Source of the DNA: Heterodontus francisci
Lineage: Eukaryota
Assembly (NCBI RefSeq): GCF_036365525.1
Contig: NC_090399.1
Location: forward strand, 14,817,558 to 14,881,557
DNA: 64,000 nucleotides
Reading direction: 5' to 3'
Of the stretch, positions 13,030 to 24,769 are shown piece by piece (the first letter of the stretch is position 1; each line of letters starts with the position of its first letter). The position numbers and the translations under genes are program-made. Under the pieces are notes generated by a model, which searched no databases, was not told where the DNA came from, and was given only the letters and a program-made list of their open reading frames with translations.

Positions 13030-13150
13030 TAAAATATACTTGATGAAAGGTAATCGATCTGAAACGTTGAAACTATTTCTCCACAGCGGTTGCCTGAGTT
13101 GCTGTGTATTTCCAGCATTTTCCGTTTTGAGCTCAGATTTCCAGATTCCC
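13030..13150 (+). mobile_element. Penelope-derived repeat with degenerate hammerhead
   Basis: TTGATGA...GAAACGTT followed by a degenerate copy of the 3' end seen at 52250-52350. Confidence 0.55.
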
Positions 13151-13652
13151 ATATATCACAGTCGGTTAGGAGTCCGGCAGTTAATTTACTTCCAGACCTA
13201 AATTCTACTGGGTCCCTTTAATTATATTAATCTGCAATGGAAGTCCAGGGCATTTTCTTGAAGGAGAATGTTTAATGTAAGCAACCTCTAACCCGGGTGC
13301 GACATCTGAAAGGTTGGTGGAAGCGGTTTGAATAAGGAATGGAATAAAGACCTGAAAAAGAAAACAGTTGCACGGCTGTGGGGAAAGAGTGGAAGAGTGA
13401 GAGTAATTGGATAGCTCTTTCAAAGAATAGAGACGCAACGACGGGCCGAATGGACTCCTATACTGTGTGTGTCTGTGATAAAGTTGGCCTTAAAGATAGT
13501 TGGATTCAGCACAGTATAGTAGAATGAAACAGATTGTCACACACTTACTTCATTTTGTTTTAGTTCTGCATAAGGAAACAGTCTGTCCAACCAAATATGT
13601 TAAAGTGTTCATGGATACAGAAATAAAATGTGATAATAAGACGGTGACTCAC

Positions 13653-13710
13653 CGGTATGTAGAATAATTACCATTAAATTCAATAACGTCCATATGTGAA
13701 CAGTTTGCAT
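13653..13710 (-). CDS. NCR3: NKp30/NCR3-like receptor gene 1, exon 1 (signal peptide)
   Basis: ATG at 13710; encodes MQTVHIWTLLNLMVIILHT plus one G base, then GTGAGT donor; 58 bp, phase 1; same length and NLM motif as the gene 2 leader. Confidence 0.8.
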
Positions 13711-14387
13711 CGTGATATTTGCTTTGCAGGACAACAGAAAACTCTCTTGCGTCTTGCAACCACCGAAAGTCACGTTAAACAGAACGAACATCCCATCGCA
13801 GGTGCTGACGTGTATGGAGGGGGAGAAAAAAAAACTTGAGGTGGTTTTAAACTTACCTTTTATTAATTTTCCAATTGTGGTGGGAAACAATATTTTAAGA
13901 ATAATTATGAAGGAACACTAATTGAGTATTACACAGGTATCACCGAATGCATTGAGGCAGAAGATTAACGGATTTAAAGTTCAGTTTAATCGTTCATAAA
14001 CTTCTACGGTGTGCAAACTTCAACGGAGATAGAAACTCGTGTTAAGTTTGTTCAGATAGCAATATGCACAGAATGATTGCTCAGTGTGAAGCCAAACTGA
14101 AAGGCAGAATTCCCATGGATTAGAACCAGGCAGAACTAACCTCCAGGGTTAACATTTACACCGCATTCACACAAGGGAACAAGAGCGTTGCAAAGATTTG
14201 TTTTCAGCAGATAGCTGGGCGTTATCCACAGTCGAGGGAACCAGCAAGGTTTGAAATATTAGAAGAGAAACTAAAGTAAAGTTAACGATTTGGAGACACG
14301 AGTCTTGGGATTTTAAAAGCTGCAGATTGCAGGATGGCGAGAAGACAGAGGAAGGTTATAAAGTTTCATAACTTTGAGTTCCTGCGA

Positions 14388-14885
14388 CATACTCTCCACT
14401 TGCCTGGATGGGTGCAGCTCCAACAACACTCAAGAAGCTCAACACCATCCAGGACAAAGCAGCCCACTTGATTGTCACCCCATCCACAAACATTCACTCC
14501 CTCCACCACCGACGCACAGTGGCAGCAGTGTGTACCATCTACCAGATGCACTGCAGCAACGCACCAAGGCTCCTTCAACAGCAACTTCCAAACTGTGACC
14601 TCTACCACCTAGAAGGACAAGGGCAGCAAATGCATGGGAACACCACCACCTGCAAGTTCCCCTCCCAGTCACACACCATCCTGACTTGGAATTATATCGC
14701 CACTGTCGCTGGGTCAAAATCCTGGAACTCCCTTCCTAACAGCACTGTGGGTGTACCTACCCCACATGGACTGCAGCGGTTCAAGAAGGCAGCTCACCAC
14801 CACCTTCTCAAGGGAAATTAGGAATGGGCAATAAATGCTGGCCTAGCCAGCGATGCCCACATCCCATGAATGAATAAAAAAAAAA
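14388..14885 (+). mobile_element. Family B LINE 3' end
   Basis: ORF GAAPTTLKKLNTIQDKAAHLI...SWNSLP; A-rich tail. Confidence 0.85.
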
Positions 14886-14959
14886 CATTTGACACGAGAG
14901 AAATATGATTTCAACAGAACAATAATCCAGAATAAGGGAGGCAGTGGTGCTCCATAATC

Positions 14960-15213
14960 TTCTGGTCAGATATTCTCTGTGACCCTCTGTCCTATCAACA
15001 CCTTCACTTGTGTTATCTCATGCCCCACCCCTGTTTTGTTTGCTTGAAACCTATTACATTTCTAACCTTTGCCAGTTCTGATGAAGGATCACCGACCTGA
15101 AACATTAACTCTGCTTCTCTCTCCACAGATGCTGCCAGACCTGCTGAGTATTTCCAGCATTTCTTGGTTATATTTCAGATTTCCAGCATCTGCAGTATTT
15201 TGCTTTTATATTA
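14960..15213 (+). mobile_element. Penelope-derived non-autonomous repeat with hammerhead ribozyme
   Basis: Homologous to 52110-52353; hammerhead at 15074-15110. Confidence 0.7.
15074..15110 (+). ncRNA. Minimal type I hammerhead ribozyme motif
   Basis: AGTT-CTGATGA-AGG(loop)CCT-GAAA-CATT-AACT: canonical core with paired stems I and II. Confidence 0.65.
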
Positions 15214-15216
15214 TAT

Positions 15217-15595
15217 TGTAGTGGTAATGTCACTGGTACAGGTAATCCAGAGCCCAGGGTAATCCTCTGTGGACACGGGTTCGAATCCCATGGGTTCAAT
15301 GGTGAAATTTGAATTCAATTAATAAATCTGGAATTAAAAAGCTAGTCCAATTATGACTACGAAATCATTGACAATTGTTGTAAAAACCTATTGGGTTCAT
15401 TAATGTTCTTTAGGGAAAGAAATCTGCCATCATTACCTGGCCTGCCCTATATGTAACTCCAGACCCACAGTAATGTGGTTGACTCTTAAAAAATGCCTTC
15501 TGAAAATGGCCTAGTAAGCCATTTCAAGGGCAGTTAGGGGTGGGCAATAAATGCTGGCCTGGCCAGTGATGCCCACATCCCACAAACAAATAAAA
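15217..15595 (+). mobile_element. tRNA-headed SINE with a family-B LINE-derived tail
   Basis: A-box-like GTAGTGGTAA, B-box GGTTCGAATCC; 3' ~70 nt match the family B LINE end. Confidence 0.6.
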
Positions 15596-15747
15596 ATAAG
15601 TTGATTGTGTTGGATGGCAAATTTGGAGTTCAGGGTGCATAAGGAAGGGAATTTCAGATGAGCAAAGGATGCGATGTAGAAATAACCAGAAACCAGAATT
15701 GTGGAATTCGTCACAAAGAGCCATAGAATCATAGTCATAGAGTTATA

Positions 15748-16805
15748 CAAAGAACAAAGAACAGTACAGCACAGGAACAGGCCATTCGGCCCTCCAAGCC
15801 TGCCCCGATCTTGATGCCCGCCTAAACTAACACCTTCTGCACTTCCGGGGCCCATATCCCTCTATTTCCTTCCTATTCATATATTTGTCAAGATGTCTCT
15901 TAAACATCACTATCATATCTGCTTCCACCACCTCCCCTGGCAGCAAGTTCCAGGCACTCACCACCCTCTGTGTAAAAAACTTGCCTCGCACATCCCCTCT
16001 AAACTTTGCCCCTCGCACCTTAAACCTATGTCCCCTAGTAACTGACTCTTCCACCCTGGGAAAAAGCTTCTGACTATCCACTCTGTCCATGGCGCTCATA
16101 ACTTTGTAAACCTCTATCATGTCGCCCCTCCACCTCCGTCGTTCCAGTGAAAACAATCTGGGTTTTTCCAACCTCTCCTCAATGCTAATGCCCTCCAGAC
16201 CAGGCAACATCCTGGTAAACCTCCTCTGTACCCTCTCCAAAGCCTCCACGTCCTTCAGGTAGTGTGGCGACCAGAATTGCACGCAATATTCTAAGTGTGG
16301 CCTAACTAAAGTTCTGTACAGCTGCAATATGACTTGTCAATTTTTATACTCTATGCCCTAACCGATGAAGGCAAGCATGCCGTATGCCTTCTTGACTACC
16401 TTATCCACCTGCGTTGCCACTTTCAGTGACCTGTGGACCTGTACGCCCAGATCTCTCTGCATGTCAATACTCCTAAGGGTTCTGTCATTTACTGTACACC
16501 TCCCACCTGCATTAAACCTTCCAAAATGCATTACCTCACATTTGTCCAGATTAAACTCCATCTGCCATTTCTCCGCCCAAGTCTCCAACCGATCTATATC
16601 CTGCTGTATCCTCTGACAATCCTCATCATTATCCGTAACTCCAACAACCTTTGTGTCGTCCGCAAACTTACTAATCAGACCAGCTACATTTTCCTCCAAA
16701 TCATTTATATATACTACAAACAGCAAAGGTCCCAGCACTGATCCCTGCGGAACACCACTAGTCACATCCCTCCATTCAGAAAAACACCCATCCACTGTTA
16801 CCCTC
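15748..16805 (-). mobile_element. Young CR1 3' portion nested in an older CR1 (15722-17465)
   Basis: Near-identical to about 62715-63770; (TTCTTTG)n tail; the host tail resumes at about 16805. Confidence 0.9.
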
Positions 16806-18079
16806 AGCACAGAAACAGGCCCTTCAGCCCATCGTGTCCGTGCCAGCCATCAAGCACCTATCTATTCTAATCCCTCTTTCCAGCACTTGGCCCGTATCCT
16901 TGTATGCGATGTCGTTTCAGGTACTCATCTAAATACTTCTTAAATGATGTGAGGGTTCCTGCCTCTACCACCTCTTCAGGCAGTGGGTTCCAGATTCCAA
17001 ACACCCTCTGGGTGAATTATTTTTTTCCTCAAATCCCCTCTAAAACCTCCTGCCCCATACCTTAAATCTATGCCCCCTGGTTATTGACCCCTCCGCTAAG
17101 TGAAAAATTTTCTTCCTATCTACCTTATCTACGCCCCTCAAAATTTTATATACCTCAATCAGGTCCCCTCTCAGCCTTTTCTACTTTAAGGAAAACAACC
17201 CCAGCCTCTCCAGTCTCTCTTCGAAGCTGGCATGCTCCAGCCCAGGCAACATCCTGGTGAATCTCCTCCGCACCCTCTCCAGTGTAATCACATCCTTCCT
17301 ATAGTGTGGTGCCCAGAACTGTATACAGTACTCCAGCTGTGGCCTAACTAGCGTTTTATACAGCTTCATCATAACCTCCCTGCTCTTATATTCTATGCCT
17401 CAGCTAATAAAGGCAAGTACCACATATGCCTTCGTAACCACCTTATCTACCTGCGCTGCTGCCTTCGTTAACTCTGCTTCTCTCTGAACAGATGCTGCCA
17501 GACCTGCTGGTATTTCCAGCATTTTTTGTTTTTATTTCAGTTCCTACTCTTTGGGGTTTAACAAGGTCCTCTTTTTGTTTCGGTATGTCAAAACAACAAA
17601 CTATTTAATGCGCTTCAGCTGCAGAGAGATATGAAACCTTGATGCTTCTTTTCAATATAACTTGTCCAAAATATGGAAGGAATACCTTCCAAAAGGAATC
17701 AAGTCAACGAACTAACATATTCTTTCATAACAGCATTTATAAATCGGGATTCGAGTTGGTCTATGATATTATCTCGCCCATACATCGGCAACTGTCTACC
17801 AGAACTTCGATTGTAGATTCATGCCAGAGAAGGCGGGAGAATATTGCCAGTTCATTGCAGAAAACTACAAACTAATGTCAAGCCTAAATAAAATGGCATG
17901 GAGTCTGTGCAAAGTCCATCTGCCCCTCAAACCTGCTCTGTATTGACCACCATTTCTCTTAAGCATTAAGCTAATAAGCTATAAGTATGAATAATTATGT
18001 CACAATAATCCCGACTGATTCATTATATGAATGTATGCTCCTGAAATGCCTTTTCAGAAACACAATTTCTTGGAAATAG

Positions 18080-18630
18080 CGCCTTTAGCCACCTCAGGGC
18101 ACTCAAAAGCCCTTTGAAGTAGCTTTGAAGTGGAGTCATGTCTGGAACGTGGCAAACGCGACAGCCAATTTGTGCACAGAAAGCACCCACAAGCAGCAAT
18201 ATGATAAATGACCAGATAAGCTGTTTTTGTGATATTGGTTGAGGGATAAATATGGGCCAGAACACCCGGGAGAACTCCCTTACTCTTCTTCGATATAGTA
18301 TTCAAGGATCTTGAGTAATGCTGAAAACAGAGACATTTTGTTGATTTCCCTTCAATTGGCATTCTTGTGAATTGTCCTGATGAGTGCAAGACGCAAAGTT
18401 TTGACAAAATGTCTCCGTTTTCGGCAATACTCCTGTGCTGTACTACTAAATGACTATTCTGGGATCTTTTGGATCCATCTGAGAGGGCGTGCGGGGCCTC
18501 AGTTTAACTTCTCATTCTAAAGAGGGCACCTCTGACAGTGCAGCACTGGGAGAGTCAACATACATAGTTCATGTCTCAGGAGCAGGGCAATGAACCCACA
18601 GCCTTCAGACACAGAGGCGAGAGGGCTACA
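18080..18630 (-). mobile_element. Deu-domain SINE containing a small inverted-repeat insert
   Basis: Same core as 6985-7330, split at about 18310-18460. Confidence 0.6.
18313..18432 (+). mobile_element. Small inverted-repeat element with a hammerhead-like core (Penelope-derived?)
   Basis: ~30-bp imperfect inverted ends; TTGTC-CTGATGA-GT(gcaag)AC-GCAA-AGTTTT-GACAA at 18372-18407. Confidence 0.5.
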
Positions 18631-19809
18631 CATGGTACCGTGACTGAATGTGGAATAGCATTAATATGTAAAGTTGTGGATAATTCTGGTCTTTAAAAGG
18701 TAGTCTGCTGAGAAGTTAACAAAGATACGCTCCTTGTGCTACCTGCGGCGCTTCATAGAAGGAGGAAAGGCCACTTCTATGCTAAAAATTCTGTGCAGTT
18801 TACACAGAGGGAAGTGAAATCTTTCTGACCATGTTCGAAACTAATAAAAAAAGGAAGCCATGCATAAAGAAAATGAAGATTAAACTGTATAGTCACAACC
18901 AGACCGAAAATCAGTTTTATTTTTTATAGGGTCTCTCTCTGACTCTCTGGCACCCATGTCCATTCAATGTGGTCCTTATTCTATCTGCTTGCCCCGTCGT
19001 TTTGGCTCTGAAATCATTCACAAAATACAACTTAGCCCCTGTCTATAGATACCCCATGGTGCACATTGGTCTATACACATAAGAATATATGAAATATATT
19101 TGTTGCTATGTGAGTGTGAACTTGAGAATAAGAAACTATTTCCACTGGCAGGGGGATCGGTAAACAGAGGGGACAGATTTTAAATAATTGGCAAAAAAAA
19201 TTCAGGGGGATGGACGGAGTTGAGTAGGTTTTTTTTTTTACTCAGGGGGTTCCTGTGATCCGGAATCTTCTTCCTGAAAGGGTGGTGGAAGCAGATTCAA
19301 TCATAACTTTCAGAAAGAAATTGTATAAATACTTTAAAAGGAAAGATTTGCAAGGATATCAGGAGTGGGCGTAATTGGTAACTCTTTCAGAGAGCCAGCA
19401 TAGACACGATGGGCCAAATGGCCTCCTTCTCTGCTGCCTGATTCAATAATACCCCGTGACTTTGCAGCAAGCATGGTTTATCTGGATATGTGATGGACTA
19501 TCCCATTGCTTCAACAGACGGGTGTTCAGCAATGAGATTGGTTGTTGAACATCTAGGATGGAGCCATCTCATATGTGATGTTAAATCAAATCTTGATTTG
19601 CAGATATGATTGCAAATATTACATATGAAGTCACTGTTGGAGGGGTGGGTGAAGGTACTGGCTTTGTGGAATGCTCACTTGTCCTGTAGGGACCTGACTC
19701 CGTTCTCCTCAAATGTGGAGATTGTTTGATGAGGGAGACTTCTCCATTTGGATCTGCCCATGGTTGTTTTTTCCCATGTAGTGGGGTCCAACTTACAGGC
19801 TCGGAGATA

Positions 19810-22190
19810 GGAACATAGGAACATAATAACCATAGGAGCAGGAGTAGGTCATTCGGCCCATCGAGCCTGCCCCGCCATTCAGTACAATCATGGCTGATCT
19901 TCCACTTCAATGCCATTTTCCCACTCTATCCCGAAATCCCTTTAAGTCATTTGTATTTAAAAATCTGTCAATCCCTGCTTTAAACATACTCAATGACTGA
20001 GCTTCCACAGCCCTCTGCGGTAGAGAATTCCAAAGATTCACAACCCTCTGAGTGAAGAAATTTCTCCTCATCTCTATCCTAAGTGGCTTACCCCTTATTT
20101 TGAAATTATGTCCCCTGGTTCTAGACTCCCCAACCAGGGTAAACATCTTAGCTGCAGCTACCCTGTCTATCCCTTTAAGTATTTTGTAGGTTTCAATGAG
20201 ATCACCTCTCATTCTTCGAAACTCCAGAGAATTACAGGCCCAGTTTCCCCAATTTATCTTCATAGGATAGTCCCGCCATCTGGGGAACAAGTCTGGTGAA
20301 CCTTCGTTGCAGTCCCTCTCTGGCAATAACATCCTTCCAAAGGTAAGGGGACTAAAACTGCACACAGTACTCCAGGTGCGATCTAACCAAGGTTCTATAC
20401 AATTTAAACAATACTTCACTACTCCTGTACTCAAATCCTCTTGCGATAAAGGCTAACATACCATTAGCCTTCCTAATTGCTTGCTGCACCTGCATGTTAG
20501 CTTTCAGTGACTTATTGACAAGGAAAACCATGTCCCTTTGTACATCTACACTTTCTAATCTCTTACCATTTAAGAAATACTCTGCACATCTATTCCTCTT
20601 ACCAAAGTGGATAACCTCACACTTTTTCACATTATCTTACGTCTGCCACATTCTTGCCCACTCACAAAGTCTGTCCAAATCCCCTTGAAGCTGCTTTGCA
20701 TCTTCCTCACAACACACATTCCTACCTAGTTTTGTGTTATCCGCGAATTTGGAAATATTACATTTGGTCCCCATATCCAAATCATTGATATATATTGTGA
20801 ACAGCTGGGGCCCAAGCACTGATCCCTGTGGTGCCCCACTAGTCACAGCCTGCTAATACGAGAATGACCCGCTTATTCCTACCTTTCTGCCTGTTAACCA
20901 ATCTTTTATCCATGCCAGTATATTACCTCCTATCCCATGTGCTTTAATTTTGCTAACCAACCTCCTGTGGGGGACTTTATCAAAAACCTTCTGAAAATCC
21001 AAGTATACCACGTCCACCAACTCCCCTTTATCAATTCTGTTAGTAACGTCCTCAAAAAACTCCAAAGTTTCGTCAAACATGATTTCCCATTCATAAATCC
21101 ATGTTGACTATGCTCAATCAGATCATTATTATCCAAGTGTCCATTTATTACATCCTTTAGAATAGATTCTAGCATTTTCCCAATGACTAATGTAAGGCTA
21201 ACAGGTCTGTAATTCCTTGTTTTCTCTCTCCCTCCCTTCTCAAATAGCGGGGTAACATTTGCGACCTTCCAATCTGCAGGAACCATTCCAGAATCTATAG
21301 AATTTTGGAAGATGATCACCAATGCATCCATTATCTCCATAGCTGCCTCTTTCAAAACTCTGGGATGTAGAATATCAGGTCCTGAGGACTTATCAATCTT
21401 CAGCCCCATTAATTTTTACAATATAATCTTCTTACTTGGATCTCTAATTCTGGGAGATTTTGTGTATCTTCCTCAGTGAAGACAGACACAAAGTAATCAT
21501 TTAGCTCCTCTGCAATTTCTCTTTTCCCCATTATAAATTCTCCTGACTCTACCTGTAATGGACCCACATTTGTCTGAGCCAAACGTTTCCTTTTTACGAA
21601 CCTACAGAGGCTTTTACAGTCCGTTTTTATATTTTTTGCTAGCTTATATTCATATTCTATTCTCCCTTTCTTTATCAGTTTCTTCATCCTCCTTTGCTGT
21701 ATTTTAAAATCCTCCCAATCCTCAGGTTTACTACTATTTCTGACAACTTTATAGGCCTTTTCTTTTAATCTTATACAATCCTTAGCTTCTTTTGTTAGCC
21801 ACAGTTGACTACCTTTACTTTTGGGGTTTTTGTGCCTTGAAGGAATGTACAGTTGCTATAAACTATGTAATATTTCTTTAAAGACTGTCTATTGCCTTTA
21901 TACTGTCATACCTTTTAATGTATTTCCCCAATCCACCTCAGCCAATTTGCCCCTCAGAACTTCATAATTTCTTTTGTTCAAATTTAACACCCTGGCTTCA
22001 AATTGAACTGCCTCACTTTCAAACAGAATGTAAAATTCTAGTTTTTTTGATCACTCATCTCTAAAGGTTCTTTTACAACAAGATTATTAATTAGCTCTTT
22101 CACATTCCATAATACTAGATCTAAAAGAGCCTGTTCTCAAGTTGGTCCCTCAACATACTGCTCTAGAAAAACCTTCCCTAACACACTCCA
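19810..22190 (-). mobile_element. CR1 LINE, 5'-truncated ORF2
   Basis: Series of frameshifted EN-linker-RT ORFs (DKSSGPD, YLDFQKVFDKV, KFADN) and tail. Confidence 0.9.
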
Positions 22191-22645
22191 GATTGGCTTT
22201 CAGAATGTCTTTGGGACATCCTATGGTGCGGGTTCCCATGCTCAGCTGGCTGTGGAATACTGCCTTTGGTATGCAGGAATCCTCCATGTGAACCACATGG
22301 CCAAGCCAGCAAAGCTGAGCTCTGATGAGCATGCTCAATACCAGGTATGAGGTAACTTGCAAGAACTCGTCCTGCCACTTGATGTTGCAGACAGATCTTA
22401 AGCAGAGAAGGTGGAGTGCATCTCATTGCTTTTTGACTCCAGTAGGTTGTCCATGCCTCACATCGATAGAGAAGTGATGTGAAACTCACTGCCTGGTAGA
22501 CTTGATCTTTGTTTTGAGACAGACTCCATGTTCTCTACAAAACCTGTGGGTGAGCCTGCTGAAAGCTGAGCTTGCTTTTGCCAGGTGATGGATGATTTTA
22601 TCATCCAACGTGGTGTTGTTGGAGAGGATACTCCCAAGATAGCAG
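22190..22645 (-). mobile_element. RTE-clade LINE fragment
   Basis: YLGSILSNNTTLDDKIIHHLAKASSAFSRL and WLGHVVHMEDSCIPK are typical of the RTE C-terminus. Confidence 0.75.
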
Positions 22646-22839
22646 AACATAGAAACATGGAAAATAGGAGCAGGAGTAGGCCATTCGGCCCTTCGGGCCT
22701 GCTCCGCCATTCAATAAAGATCATGGCTGATCGTCTAATTCAGTACCCTGTTTCTGCTTTCTCCCCATATCCTTTGATCCCTTTGGCATTTAAGAATCTC
22801 TGAACTAAGTTGAGGGGTATATTGTTGGTTATGACTATG

Positions 22840-24380
22840 ATCATAAGAACATAAGAAATAGAAGCAGGAGTAGGCCATTCGGCCCCTCGAGCCTGTGCCG
22901 CCATTCAATAAGATCATGGCTGATCTGATTGTGGCCTTCACTCCACTTTCCTGTTGGCCTCCTATAACCCTTTGACTCCCTTGTGGATAATAAATCTGTC
23001 TAACTCAGCCTTGAATCTATTCAATGACCCAGCCTCCACTGCTCTCTGGGGAAGAGAATTCCAAAGATTAACAACCCTCTGAGAGAGGAAATTCCTCCTC
23101 CCCTCTGTCTTAAATAGGAGACCCCTTATGTTGAAACTGTGCCCCCTAATTCTCGGTTCCCACACAAGGAGAAACACCCTCTCAGCATCTGCCCTGTCGA
23201 GCCTCCTTAGAATCCTATATGTTTCAATAAGATCACCTCTCATTCTTCTAAACTCCAATGAGTATAGGCCCAACCTGCTCAACCTTTCCTCATAGGACAA
23301 CCCCTTCATCCCAGGAATTAGTTCAGTGAAACTTCCCTGAACTGCTTCCAATGAAAGTATATCCCTCCTTAAATAAAGAGACCAAATGTACACAGTACTC
23401 CAAAGCCTGGCTCGGGTATAAAATTAAAACCCGACCTGGGCCTGACCCGACCACAGCCAATCCGAACCTGACCCGAGCCCTAGCCCGAGCCCGAGCCCTT
23501 TCATTTTTTTCCGCGCCCAACCTGACCCGACACGAATCTCCTTCATTTGTTCCAGCAGCAGGCTATTCCTGCAGCTAGAGTTGTGGGGAATTATGGGTAA
23601 TCCTGATCCCGTGACTTCCTGGAAGCATTGTCCAACCCGAGCCGAGCCGTGCCCGAATGCTGGACTTGGAATTTCGACCCGAGCCTGACACATGTATTCG
23701 GGTCTAGTCGGGTTCGGGTTGGGTAGTCAGACTTTACAATACTCTAGGTGCAGTATCACCAATGCTCTGCATGTCTGTAGCAAGGCGTCCCTACTTTTAT
23801 ACTCCATCCCACTTGCAATAAATGTCAACATTCCATTTGCCTTCCTAATTATTTGCTTTTAGTGATTCATGTATGAGGACACCCAGATCGCTCTGTACTG
23901 CAGCAATCTGCAGTCTCTCTCCATTTAAATAATATACTGCTTTTCTATCCTACCCGCCAAAGTGGACAACCTCACATTTTCCCACATTATACTCCATCTG
24001 CCAAATTTTTTGCCCCCTCCCTTAACCTATCTATATCAGTTTGGAGAAACTTTGCATCCTCCTCACAACTTGCTTTCCTACCTATCTTTGTGTCATCAGC
24101 AAATTTGGCTACAATACACTCGGTGCCTTCATCCAAGTCATTGGTATGTATCATAAATAGTTGAGGCCCCAGCACTGATCGTTGTGGTACTCCATTAGTC
24201 ATGGTTTGCCAACCTGAAAATGCCTCATTTACCTTGACTCTCTGTTTCCTTTTAGTTAGCCAATCTTCTATCTATGCTAATATAGTACCCCCAAAACCAT
24301 GAGCTCTTACTTTATGTACTAACCTTTTATGTGGCACCTTATTAAATTCCTTTTGCAAATCCAGATAGACTACATCCACA
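22840..24380 (-). mobile_element. CR1 LINE fragment, interrupted by a MITE
   Basis: RT remnants on both sides of 23401-23736. Confidence 0.85.
23401..23736. mobile_element. Non-autonomous DNA transposon (hAT-like MITE)
   Basis: Imperfect TIRs CAAAGCCTGGCT / AGTCAGACTTTA; flanking 8-bp repeat CAGTACTC / CAATACTC; many ACCCG/GCCCG subterminal repeats, inverted at the right end. Confidence 0.65.
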
Positions 24381-24769
24381 TGCAGCAGGGTGGGGGGAGG
24401 ACTTAGGAGCTGGAGGCTCCATGCCCCAATAAAGGTGCTGCCAATGTCAAAAGACCAAAACTTGTCCATTAAAGGGGGAATCCATCCAAAACAATGGCCC
24501 TACTCAGTCTAACATTTACAGAAGGCCAGGAGAGGGCATCCATGTTGAAGTGCTCTTGCGCCTACCTGCCTCAGCAGCGCCCCCTTTCCCAGTGGGGCTG
24601 ATGGCCGGACATCACTGCGGGCCTTCCAATTGGGCCTGCCACTTCCCTGGTCCGCCTGGGCTCCTGGAGGTGGCTTCTTAATTGGCCGCCTTCAGGAAGA
24701 TTGTGACTGATTCTCGCCATGGCTACTTCTGTTCCCGACCTGGAACTGAGGCTAACATCAGGATACGGA

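Noticed and set aside
13857-13920. Leader exon of gene 1 ending at the strong donor at 13857
   Set aside because: In-frame TAG at 13918-13920 and no in-frame ATG; 13653-13710 fits much better
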